Source of the DNA: Soehngenia longivitae
Lineage (GTDB): Bacteria > Bacillota > Clostridia > Tissierellales > Tissierellaceae
Direction of reading: 5' to 3'
Assembly (NCBI RefSeq): GCF_004684055.1
Contig: NZ_SRIB01000010.1
Span: forward strand, 72,026 to 96,025
Length of the DNA: 24,000 nt
Below the pieces are notes generated by a model, which worked only from the letters and a program-made list of their open reading frames with translations, had not been told where the DNA came from and did no database searches. Position 1 is the stretch's first letter. Each line of letters begins with the position of its first letter. Of the stretch, positions 17,131 through 24,000 are shown piece after piece. Both the position numbers and the translations under genes were made by a program.

Positions 17131-20100
17131 GTATATACAACATTGTAGCAAGTACTGATGAAGTAACAGTTGTTGCCGAATATGCAGCAGAATATAATGT
17201 ACGCTCTGAAAAGTATCAGAGTGAAGCAGAACTTGAAAGAGAATTTATCTTCCAGTTGACTTCACAGGGGTATGAATATATTTCAGTGCACAACGAATCT
17301 GCATTGATAAAAAACCTCCGAAAACAACTTGAAATACTCAATGACTTCACCTTTACTGATAGTGAATGGGATAAGTTTTTCACAGAGTGCATTGCAAATA
17401 CTAATGAGGGAATTGTTGAAAAGACCAGAAAAATTCAGGATGATCATATACAAATTCTAAAACGTGAAGATGGAACAACGAAGAACATATACCTTTTAGA
17501 TAAGAAGAATATCCACAACAATCGCCTGCAGGTCATTAATCAATATGAAGAAGAAGGCGGTAAGCATGAAACCCGATATGATGTAACTATACTTGTCAAT
17601 GGGCTTCCTCTTGTTCATGTAGAATTAAAGCGTCGCGGAATTGCTATCCGAGAAGCCTTCAATCAGATAAATAGATACCAGCGAGACAGCTTTTGGGCGG
17701 CTTCTGGTTTGTTTGATTATGTGCAGATTTTTGTCATATCCAATGGAACTCACACAAAGTACTATAGTAACACCACAAGAAACGCTCATATCAAGGAACA
17801 AAGTAGCGGTGAACGCCAAAAAAATAAAAAAACGAGCAACAGTTTTGAGTTTACAAACTATTGGGCAGATGCAAATAACAAAATTATTCCTGACCTTGTA
17901 GACTTTACTAAAACTTTTTTTGCCAAACACACACTTTTAAATATTTTAACAAAATATTGTGTTTTTACTTCTGAAGATCTACTTCTTGTAATGCGTCCTT
18001 ATCAAATCGCTGCTGCAGAACGTATATTATCACGTATTGTAGTATCAACCAACTATAAGAAAATGGGTACAACTGCTGCAGGAGGATATGTCTGGCATAC
18101 CACAGGCTCTGGAAAGACATTGACAAGTTTTAAGACAGCACAATTAGCGTCGGCTTTACCTTACATAGATAAGGTACTATTCGTTGTTGACCGTAAAGAT
18201 CTGGATTATCAGACTATGAAAGAATATGACCGCTTTGAAAAGGGAGCAGCTAACGGTAACACGTCTACAAGAGTTCTTCAAAGGCAATTAGAAGACAAAG
18301 ATGAAAAAGGAAACCCTCACGAATACAAAATTATTGTAACCACAATTCAGAAACTAGATATATTTATCCGTAAAAACAAACAGCATGATATCTATAAGAA
18401 ACACGTAGTATTGATTTTTGATGAGTGCCACCGTTCCCAGTTTGGAGAGATGCATCAAGCCATCACTAAGAACTTTAAAAACTACCATATTTTTGGATTT
18501 ACAGGAACACCGATTTTTGCTGCAAATGCCAGCTCAAGTGGAAACCCGCTGTTTCGTACAACCGAGCAAACTTTCGGAGAAAAGCTTCATACTTACACCA
18601 TTGTCGATGCTATAAATGATGGAAATGTTCTACCTTTTAGGATAGATTTTATCAATACAATTAAAATGCCTGATTATTTAAATGATAAAAAAGTCTATAG
18701 CATTGACCGAGAGAAAGCTTTAGCAGATCCACAGCGAATTAGTGAAATCGTCTCTTACGTTCTTGAGCATTTTGACCAGAAAACAAAACGCAATAGTTAT
18801 TATACATTCTCAGCAAAATGGGAAGAAATAGATAAAAAAAATCCTAAGAATATAATTGAAAAGCGCGAAACAAGACGTGTTGCTGGTTTTAACTCCATAT
18901 TTGCTACCGCATCGATTCCAATGGCGATCAGATACTATAATGAGTTTAAGAAGCAGATAGCGGAAAAAAACCATAACCTTATCATTGCAACTATTTTCAG
19001 TTTTAGTGCAAATGAAGAAGAGCCAGATGGACTGTTGCCTGAAGAGGATTTTAATATGGAAACCCTTGACCAGAGCTCCAGAGATTTTCTTGAATCGGCT
19101 ATAAGGGATTACAATATGACATTCAACACAAATTATGATACTTCTTCTGACAAGTTTCAGAATTACTATAAAGACATCTCTCTTCGTGTAAAGAATCGGG
19201 AGATTGATATTTTGATTGTTGTCAATATGTTCCTAACAGGCTTTGATGCAACAACACTGAATACACTGTGGGTAGATAAAAACCTAAGGCAACATGGACT
19301 GATTCAAGCTTTTTCAAGAACAAATCGCATTTTAAATAGCGTTAAGACCTATGGCAACATCGTTTGTTTTAGAGATTTGAAAGAAGAAACAGACAAAGCT
19401 ATTGCACTATTTGGCAATAAAGATGCTGGCGGTATTGTACTGCTAAAAACATTCGAAGAATACTACAATGGCTATGATGATAAAGGTGAGTATAAACCTG
19501 GCTATGCTGAACTGATTGAAACTCTTACAACAAAGTATCCCCTTGGTCAAGCTATCCTAGGAGAGGAAGCAGAAAAAGACTTCATAAGGCTATATGGTGC
19601 AATCCTTCGACTCAGAAATATTCTTACTTCTTTCGATGACTTTGAAGGCAATGAGATTTTATCTGAAAGGGATTTTCAAGACTATCAGAGTATTTATATT
19701 GACCTGTATCAGGAATATAGAAAAGGAACTGATGCAGATAAAGAAACTATCAATGACGACATAATTTTTGAGATCGAACTGGTCAAACAAATAGAGGTAA
19801 ATATTGACTACATCCTCATGCTTGTAGCTAAATATCAACAATCCAACTGTAAAGATAAAACGATTCTTACAACTATTGATAAAGCGATTAATTCAAGTAT
19901 TGAACTTCGAAGTAAGAAAGAGCTTATCGAACGTTTTATTGAACAGGTCAATGTATCTACCAAAGTGGATGAGGATTGGCGCAAATTCCTGAATGAGCGT
20001 AAGGAAGAAGATATTTCAGCAATTATAGAAGAAGAAAAATTAAAACCTCAAGAAACCCGCCACTTCATTGACAATGCTTTTCGAGATGGAATGCTTAAGA

Positions 20101-20228
20101 CAACTGGTACAGCTATTGATAAAATCATGCCTCCTGTATCGCGCTTTGGAGGAAACAGGGCTGCTAAAAAGCAAGGAATTATTGAAAAGTTAATGTTACT
20201 CTTTGAGAAGTATTCAGGGTTAGTGTAG
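17127..20228 (+). CDS. hsdR: Type I restriction endonuclease subunit R (ATP-dependent helicase/nuclease)
   Basis: 1033 aa. N-terminal PD-(D/E)xK region ('YDVTILVNGLPLVHVELKRRG'), helicase motif I 'TTGSGKT', motif II 'IFDECHRSQ', 'GFTGTPI', and 'FLTGFDA...QAFSRTNR'. ATGA overlap with hsdS. Confidence 0.95.
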   Translation: MSIYNIVASTDEVTVVAEYAAEYNVRSEKYQSEAELEREFIFQLTSQGYEYISVHNESALIKNLRKQLEILNDFTFTDSEWDKFFTECIANTNEGIVEKTRKIQDDHIQILKREDGTTKNIYLLDKKNIHNNRLQVINQYEEEGGKHETRYDVTILVNGLPLVHVELKRRGIAIREAFNQINRYQRDSFWAASGLFDYVQIFVISNGTHTKYYSNTTRNAHIKEQSSGERQKNKKTSNSFEFTNYWADANNKIIPDLVDFTKTFFAKHTLLNILTKYCVFTSEDLLLVMRPYQIAAAERILSRIVVSTNYKKMGTTAAGGYVWHTTGSGKTLTSFKTAQLASALPYIDKVLFVVDRKDLDYQTMKEYDRFEKGAANGNTSTRVLQRQLEDKDEKGNPHEYKIIVTTIQKLDIFIRKNKQHDIYKKHVVLIFDECHRSQFGEMHQAITKNFKNYHIFGFTGTPIFAANASSSGNPLFRTTEQTFGEKLHTYTIVDAINDGNVLPFRIDFINTIKMPDYLNDKKVYSIDREKALADPQRISEIVSYVLEHFDQKTKRNSYYTFSAKWEEIDKKNPKNIIEKRETRRVAGFNSIFATASIPMAIRYYNEFKKQIAEKNHNLIIATIFSFSANEEEPDGLLPEEDFNMETLDQSSRDFLESAIRDYNMTFNTNYDTSSDKFQNYYKDISLRVKNREIDILIVVNMFLTGFDATTLNTLWVDKNLRQHGLIQAFSRTNRILNSVKTYGNIVCFRDLKEETDKAIALFGNKDAGGIVLLKTFEEYYNGYDDKGEYKPGYAELIETLTTKYPLGQAILGEEAEKDFIRLYGAILRLRNILTSFDDFEGNEILSERDFQDYQSIYIDLYQEYRKGTDADKETINDDIIFEIELVKQIEVNIDYILMLVAKYQQSNCKDKTILTTIDKAINSSIELRSKKELIERFIEQVNVSTKVDEDWRKFLNERKEEDISAIIEEEKLKPQETRHFIDNAFRDGMLKTTGTAIDKIMPPVSRFGGNRAAKKQGIIEKLMLLFEKYSGLV

Positions 20229-20272
20229 CAGATAATAAATAAATCAGACATAATTATTTTTTTATTTTTCTA

Positions 20273-20301
20273 TTGTACTAACCAACATAATGATGTATCA
20301 T
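20273..20301 (+). promoter_or_regulatory. Sigma-A-type promoter upstream of the cobalamin riboswitch
   Basis: TTGTAC (20273..20278), a 17-nt spacer, then TATCAT (20296..20301). Confidence 0.45.
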
Positions 20302-20318
20302 AATATCAACTTCATATT

Positions 20319-20467
20319 TTTTTAAGGTGTATTACTTAATAGGGAAATGCGTGAAACGCTGCAGCCCCCGCTACTGTATATGGTATGCTTATCATTTATC
20401 CACTGTAGATTTACTATGGGAAGGTTTGATAAGTTTAAGCCACAAGCCAGGAGACCTGCCTTAAAAA
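20319..20467 (+). promoter_or_regulatory. Cobalamin (B12) riboswitch aptamer
   Basis: Conserved core 'AATAGGGAA..GTGAAA...GCAGCCCCCGCTACTGT', 'CCACTG...TGGGAAGG', and B12 box 'AAGCCAGGAGACCTGCC' (20444..20460). The closing P1 pairs TTTTTAAGG (20319..20327) with CCTTAAAAA (20459..20467). Confidence 0.88.
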
Positions 20468-20527
20468 TTATGTTCTACTTTCGGAGGGAAAGGAGGAAAC
20501 AAATTAACAAGTATTTTTGTTTATTTT

Positions 20528-20551
20528 GCTCCTTTTTAGGAGCTTTTTTTT
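20528..20551 (+). terminator. Riboswitch expression-platform intrinsic terminator
   Basis: GCTCCT (20528..20533), TTTT loop, AGGAGC (20538..20543), then T8. The upstream GAAAGGAG (about 20488..20495) could form the alternative antiterminator with CTCCTTT. Confidence 0.8.
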
Positions 20552-20574
20552 ATAGTAATTTAGGAGGATAGTAA

Positions 20575-21078
20575 ATGAAACCAGATTATGATTTAATAAG
20601 TTACCCATTTTTAAATGAAGATGCAAAAGTCGTAGACCATGAAATTTTGACTGATAAGCTTTCTGCAAGTTTAGGTCATATATTGTCTCAAAATACCCCT
20701 TTAGAAAAAGAAACTTGGTGGTTATTAGAAAGAGTTTTACATCTAAATGGATCATTACGAGGTAAAATGGCAATTTCGGATGCTGATGTCAAAGAAGGGC
20801 TATTAATGTATCATGTGTTAAAAGAAAGAAATAAGGGTAGAGTGGTTAATTTTGTCTACCCAACAGGTTCTAGCATTGCAACTCTGTACCATAACGCAAG
20901 ATGTGAAGCAAAGATAGTTACACGAAATTTACATTTAATTGAAAAATCTGGTGTAGTTGTACCACAGATTTTAATTGATTTTTCAAATCTAGCAGCAAAT
21001 CTATTGTTTGCATTTGCGATAGAAACTAACAGGTTAGAAAATATTGACGAAATAGAATTCATATCAAAATCTTATTAA
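20575..21078 (+). CDS. Uncharacterised soluble protein, first gene of the B12-riboswitch operon; weak resemblance to the PduO-type corrinoid adenosyltransferase helical bundle
   Basis: 167 aa, SD AGGAGGA 6-7 nt upstream. 'NFVYPTGSSIATLYHNAR' resembles PduO 'KFILPGGTQLASALHVAR', and 'LIDFSNLAANLLFAFA' resembles 'LIFINRLSDYFFAAA'. The N-terminal KxGDxGxT ATP loop and the RRAER motif are absent. The comparison is by eye against a remembered sequence. Confidence 0.35.
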   Translation: MKPDYDLISYPFLNEDAKVVDHEILTDKLSASLGHILSQNTPLEKETWWLLERVLHLNGSLRGKMAISDADVKEGLLMYHVLKERNKGRVVNFVYPTGSSIATLYHNARCEAKIVTRNLHLIEKSGVVVPQILIDFSNLAANLLFAFAIETNRLENIDEIEFISKSY

Positions 21079-21097
21079 TTGGAGGAATTGACGTAAA

Positions 21098-21538
21098 ATG
21101 AATAATACTAAAAAAGTTATATTAACAATACTGGCAATAGCAGTAGTTTTAGGAGTATTTTTTGGAATTAATAGTTACTTTCAAGGTAGTGATTTAGATA
21201 AGACTATTTATATAACTATAATTGATGATACTACTGGAGAAGTATTGATGGAAAAAAGTAAATTTACAACTGAAAAAGCAACTCTTGGTGATTTTCTAGA
21301 AGAGAATAAAGAAAAATTAGATGTAAAAATGACTGATACTCAGTTTGGAAGATTCTTAGATGGTTTATTGGGAATAGAAACAGCAGATATGACAAATGGC
21401 CCTTGGTGGATGTATTCATATAAGTCTACTGAAAAAGGTCTTGACATGAAAATAGGAGAAGCCCCAGGTGTTGATTCTATTGGACTTAATGATGGTGATG
21501 AAATCGAATTTCACTATACTATAATGTCTGGAATGTAA
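21098..21538 (+). CDS. Membrane-anchored DUF4430 (transcobalamin beta-domain-like) protein, probable extracytoplasmic corrinoid binder
   Basis: N-terminal signal-anchor 'KKVILTILAIAVVLGVFFG', then 'GPWWMYSY...IGLNDGDEIEFHYT', which is typical of DUF4430. It lies downstream of a cobalamin riboswitch. Confidence 0.65.
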   Translation: MNNTKKVILTILAIAVVLGVFFGINSYFQGSDLDKTIYITIIDDTTGEVLMEKSKFTTEKATLGDFLEENKEKLDVKMTDTQFGRFLDGLLGIETADMTNGPWWMYSYKSTEKGLDMKIGEAPGVDSIGLNDGDEIEFHYTIMSGM

Positions 21539-21539
21539 A

Positions 21540-22034
21540 ATGAGTAGTAGGAAAATCACAAAAGTAGCTATGTTAGCTAGCATATTGTATATCATACAAT
21601 TTATAGGGTCTGGACTATTATATATCGAGCTTGTGAATTTTACTATTCTATTATATGGTGTGAGCCTAAAAAGAGATGAATCCTATTTAGCAGTTACCAT
21701 ATTTTGCTTATTGGTGATGTTAACTCGAGGCTTTGGGCTATGGACAATAATGTATTTAATTGTTTTTCCGCAATATGCTTTAATATATTCAACTTTAGGC
21801 AAAAAAATAAATTCACTTATTGTACTTGCACTGTTAGGGTTTATACTAGCTTTTATTTGTGGAACATTAATTGACATACCGTATATTGTCGCTGCAAATT
21901 TGGATTACAGAGGCCTTTTAATCAGATTACTTCTTGGATTTCAAGTTTCTATTGTAAATGCTTTAGTTACTTTCATTGCAACATTATTTTTGCTAAATCC
22001 TTTAAAAAAGCTTCTATTGAAGCTCAATACCTAA
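21540..22034 (+). CDS. Small polytopic membrane protein, ECF-transporter S-component-like (CbrT-like candidate)
   Basis: 164 aa with about 5-6 hydrophobic helices and the N-terminal 'RKITKVAMLASILYI' typical of S components. It is translationally coupled to the DUF4430 gene (1-nt gap) and sits in a B12-regulated operon. Confidence 0.5.
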   Translation: MSSRKITKVAMLASILYIIQFIGSGLLYIELVNFTILLYGVSLKRDESYLAVTIFCLLVMLTRGFGLWTIMYLIVFPQYALIYSTLGKKINSLIVLALLGFILAFICGTLIDIPYIVAANLDYRGLLIRLLLGFQVSIVNALVTFIATLFLLNPLKKLLLKLNT

Positions 22035-22036
22035 AA

Positions 22037-22057
22037 AGTAGAGCTTAAAGCTCTACT
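22037..22057. terminator. Hairpin between convergent 21540..22034 and 22053..22325
   Basis: AGTAGAGCT (22037..22045), TAA loop, AGCTCTACT (22049..22057). A T6 run follows shortly on the plus strand. Confidence 0.55.
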
Positions 22058-22325
22058 TACCCCCTTTTTTCCTCATGCGAATTGTCAAATAAACAATTGT
22101 AGAAACTATAAATCCAACTAATCCTACAGTTACAAGAGTTCTAACCTCATCAGTAAATTCTGCCCCATTTATAATCACTGGAAGGTAATTATAAATGGCT
22201 ATAATTAAAAAAGTTATGGGTAAGATAAGCCCTGTGAACTTACTCTCTTTTAATGCAAAACCTATTTCTAAGAAAAATACCATAAACCCAATTAAAAAAT
22301 AGACTAAAATCATATTGCTTTCCAA
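22053..22325 (-). CDS. Small hypothetical membrane protein (3 TM)
   Basis: 90-aa ORF, strongly hydrophobic with a basic C-terminus 'RMRKKGGK'. I recognise no family. Confidence 0.5.
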   Translation of the reverse strand: MESNMILVYFLIGFMVFFLEIGFALKESKFTGLILPITFLIIAIYNYLPVIINGAEFTDEVRTLVTVGLVGFIVSTIVYLTIRMRKKGGK

Positions 22326-22403
22326 AGTATCACCTTCAATTTTATAAATTCATTGTATTTATAAATTATAATTGTATTCATAAGAAAATACAACTTAGCT
22401 GTT

Positions 22404-22441
22404 AAAAACACCCCAATTAACATATGTCAATTGGGGTGTTT
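22404..22441 (-). terminator. Intrinsic terminator of the PTS operon
   Basis: ACACCCCAATT (22408..22418) pairs with AATTGGGGTGT (22429..22439). On the minus strand it is followed by a T run (complement of A-run 22404..22407) and lies directly after the IIA stop. Confidence 0.8.
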
Positions 22442-22442
22442 G

Positions 22443-22778
22443 TTATTTGTTCTCTAAATCATATACTCTTTTGTATAAATTTATCAATCTACTGATTAAA
22501 TTTTTCTCAGCAAGTGCTGTCATTAACTGGTCTTGAGCATGTACTACAAGAAAATTTGGAACTTGGCTTTGCTTACCTTGCACTAATTTGTTCTGATAAT
22601 CATGCCCTTCATAAAATTCCTCATCGGCTTTTTCTAAATGTTTCTTTGCGTCTTCAAATCTACCTTCTTCTGCTGCCTCTAGCGCTTCATAAGCTTCTGC
22701 TCTTGCATTCCCACCATGTAGCACTAGATTATATATAATTTCTTCTAATTCCATCATTTCTATATTATCATTACTCAT
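22443..22778 (-). CDS. PTS lactose/cellobiose-family EIIA component
   Basis: 'LVLHGGNARAEAYEAL...AKKHLEKADEE...VHAQDQLMTA' is typical of ChbA/LicA-type IIA. ATG 22778 is preferred (SD GAAGGAG 9 nt upstream) and overlaps the IIC stop (ATGAGTAA). Confidence 0.88.
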   Translation of the reverse strand: MSNDNIEMMELEEIIYNLVLHGGNARAEAYEALEAAEEGRFEDAKKHLEKADEEFYEGHDYQNKLVQGKQSQVPNFLVVHAQDQLMTALAEKNLISRLINLYKRVYDLENK

Positions 22779-24000
22779 TTGCAACTACTCCTTCTTGTTC
22801 TGAATTTATTAGCTGTTTTTCATACATTTTAAAAAATGGATAATATATGATCCCTGCTACAACTATGTTCACTAGCTGCAACACTATCGCCTTCCAGTCC
22901 CCACTGCTAGAGATAAATCCACTTAAAAATACAGGTACTGTAAATGGAAGCTGTAACAATGGTTTAGCAACTATATTTGTAGCAAATGCAATGTAGTTTA
23001 TTGTTACCGCTGCAATAGGTGCTAACATGAACGGTATCATCAATATTGGATTTAATACTATTGGTGCTCCGAAGATCACTGGTTCGTTTATATTAAATAC
23101 TGAAGGTACTAACGATGCTCTGCCTATGGTTTTCAGCTGTACTGATGCGGAAAACATAAACATGATAACTAAAGGCCAAGTCAATCCTGAACCGCCTAGA
23201 TGTGTAAATACATGAAAAAATGGTTCTGTTATAATCCCAGTTAATTCTGCTCCGGATGCCGCAGCTTCAGCGTTTGCAGCCAATTGGCTCATCCAAAATG
23301 GATATGCTATAGATGATACTACATTCATTCCGTGTATTCCCAATGACCACAATAGCATCATTAAAATTGTTTCAGCTATAGCTGCCGGGTAACTATTCGA
23401 TGCAACAACCAGCGGTTGGAATATCTGTATCACTAGTTGTGGCAAAGTTATTTGATATCTAGACCAAACTATCCATTCTGTTCCCCATGCAAGTATGATC
23501 ATAGTAAACATAGGAATTAAGGCTATAAAGCTTCTAACTACATATGGAGGTACTTGCTCAGGCATCTTTATTACCAAGCCTCTTTTATTGAAAAATCTAA
23601 CTACAATAGGAGTAATAATCCCAAAGATGATAGCGATAAATAGTCCTTGTCCTCCTAAATAATTCAGCACTTCTCCAAAACTAATTTTAGTTATATCTGT
23701 TGCTGGAAAACAGCTAATTAAAAAAGCGAGCATAGCTGTCAATCCTGTCATTGACTCATCTAAATCCCAACGTGAAGCAAGGCTATAAGCAGTACCAAAT
23801 GCTACCATCAGTGCCATTACTCCAAAGGTTAAATTAAATGGTATCAAAATTTGTGCCATTATTGGTTTTACTGCATTTTCCCATGCTATTATCGGAGCCC
23901 AGTTGATCCCTGTAGGAGGATTTGCAATAATTAAGAAAATTGCTCCAGTTAATATTACAGGAAGTGCAAAACTGCTAAATGCATCCCTAATTGCTTGCAA
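22771..24000 (-). CDS. PTS lactose/cellobiose-family EIIC permease (5' end lies beyond the window)
   Basis: Polytopic. '...IRDAFSSFALPVILTGAIFLIIANPP', 'GGQGLFIAIIFG', 'GIHGMNV', and 'NEPVIFGAPIVLNP' are characteristic. The ORF is open to the window edge, so it is N-terminally truncated here. Confidence 0.88.
   Translation of the reverse strand: MQAIRDAFSSFALPVILTGAIFLIIANPPTGINWAPIIAWENAVKPIMAQILIPFNLTFGVMALMVAFGTAYSLASRWDLDESMTGLTAMLAFLISCFPATDITKISFGEVLNYLGGQGLFIAIIFGIITPIVVRFFNKRGLVIKMPEQVPPYVVRSFIALIPMFTMIILAWGTEWIVWSRYQITLPQLVIQIFQPLVVASNSYPAAIAETILMMLLWSLGIHGMNVVSSIAYPFWMSQLAANAEAAASGAELTGIITEPFFHVFTHLGGSGLTWPLVIMFMFSASVQLKTIGRASLVPSVFNINEPVIFGAPIVLNPILMIPFMLAPIAAVTINYIAFATNIVAKPLLQLPFTVPVFLSGFISSSGDWKAIVLQLVNIVVAGIIYYPFFKMYEKQLINSEQEGVVANE

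Noticed and set aside
14563-20251. Short antisense or alternate-frame ORFs inside hsdM, hsdS and hsdR (for example 14563..14829, 15289..15513, 16564..16770, 17625..17930, 18418..18615, 19659..19841, 20048..20251)
   Set aside because: All are nested within strongly supported RM genes and lack SD sequences and recognisable motifs.
13954-20320. Mobile-element boundaries (att sites or direct repeats) around the RM block
   Set aside because: Comparison by eye of 13954..14107 with 20229..20320 revealed no shared repeat. No integrase, transposase or tRNA target is present, so I do not call it a mobile element.
20347-20571. 74-aa plus-strand ORF (MRETLQPPLLYMV...)
   Set aside because: It lies entirely within the cobalamin riboswitch and its terminator and has no SD. 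Its Cys/Arg/Phe-rich composition is atypical. The RNA element explains the sequence better.

Overview
Low-GC Firmicute-type (Clostridia/Tissierellia-like) chromosomal window, mostly short housekeeping or accessory operons. I saw no rRNA, tRNA, CRISPR array, transposase or integrase. Recognisable genes are xpt, a sigma-54 enhancer-binding protein, a UPF0597/L-cysteine-desulfidase-family gene, ogt, truA, mnmA, YitT and AI-2E family membrane proteins, a TDT/TehA-like transporter, and PTS IIA/IIC. A translationally coupled HTH-hsdM-hsdS-hsdR type I restriction-modification block lies at about 14.1-20.2 kb. Four signals are not explained by the ORF track. (1) At 1386..1685 a strong RBS+ATG ORF is interrupted by an in-frame TGA at the position of the second Cys of the MerT 'CC' motif. 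A SECIS-like hairpin follows about 20-40 nt downstream, so this is a candidate unannotated MerT-like selenoprotein; a nonsense pseudogene is the alternative. It sits divergently next to an eRF1-like (baeRF-type) protein. (2) A near-consensus sigma-54 -24/-12 promoter, with an upstream palindrome, precedes the UPF0597 gene, opposite an xpt-EBP operon. (3) A cobalamin riboswitch with an intrinsic terminator is hidden under a spurious 74-aa ORF. It controls a three-gene operon: a degenerate PduO-like protein, a DUF4430 protein and an ECF S-component-like protein. (4) A 24-bp perfect palindrome lies in the mnmA leader. All family assignments come from reading the translations and from remembered motifs; no database search was run.
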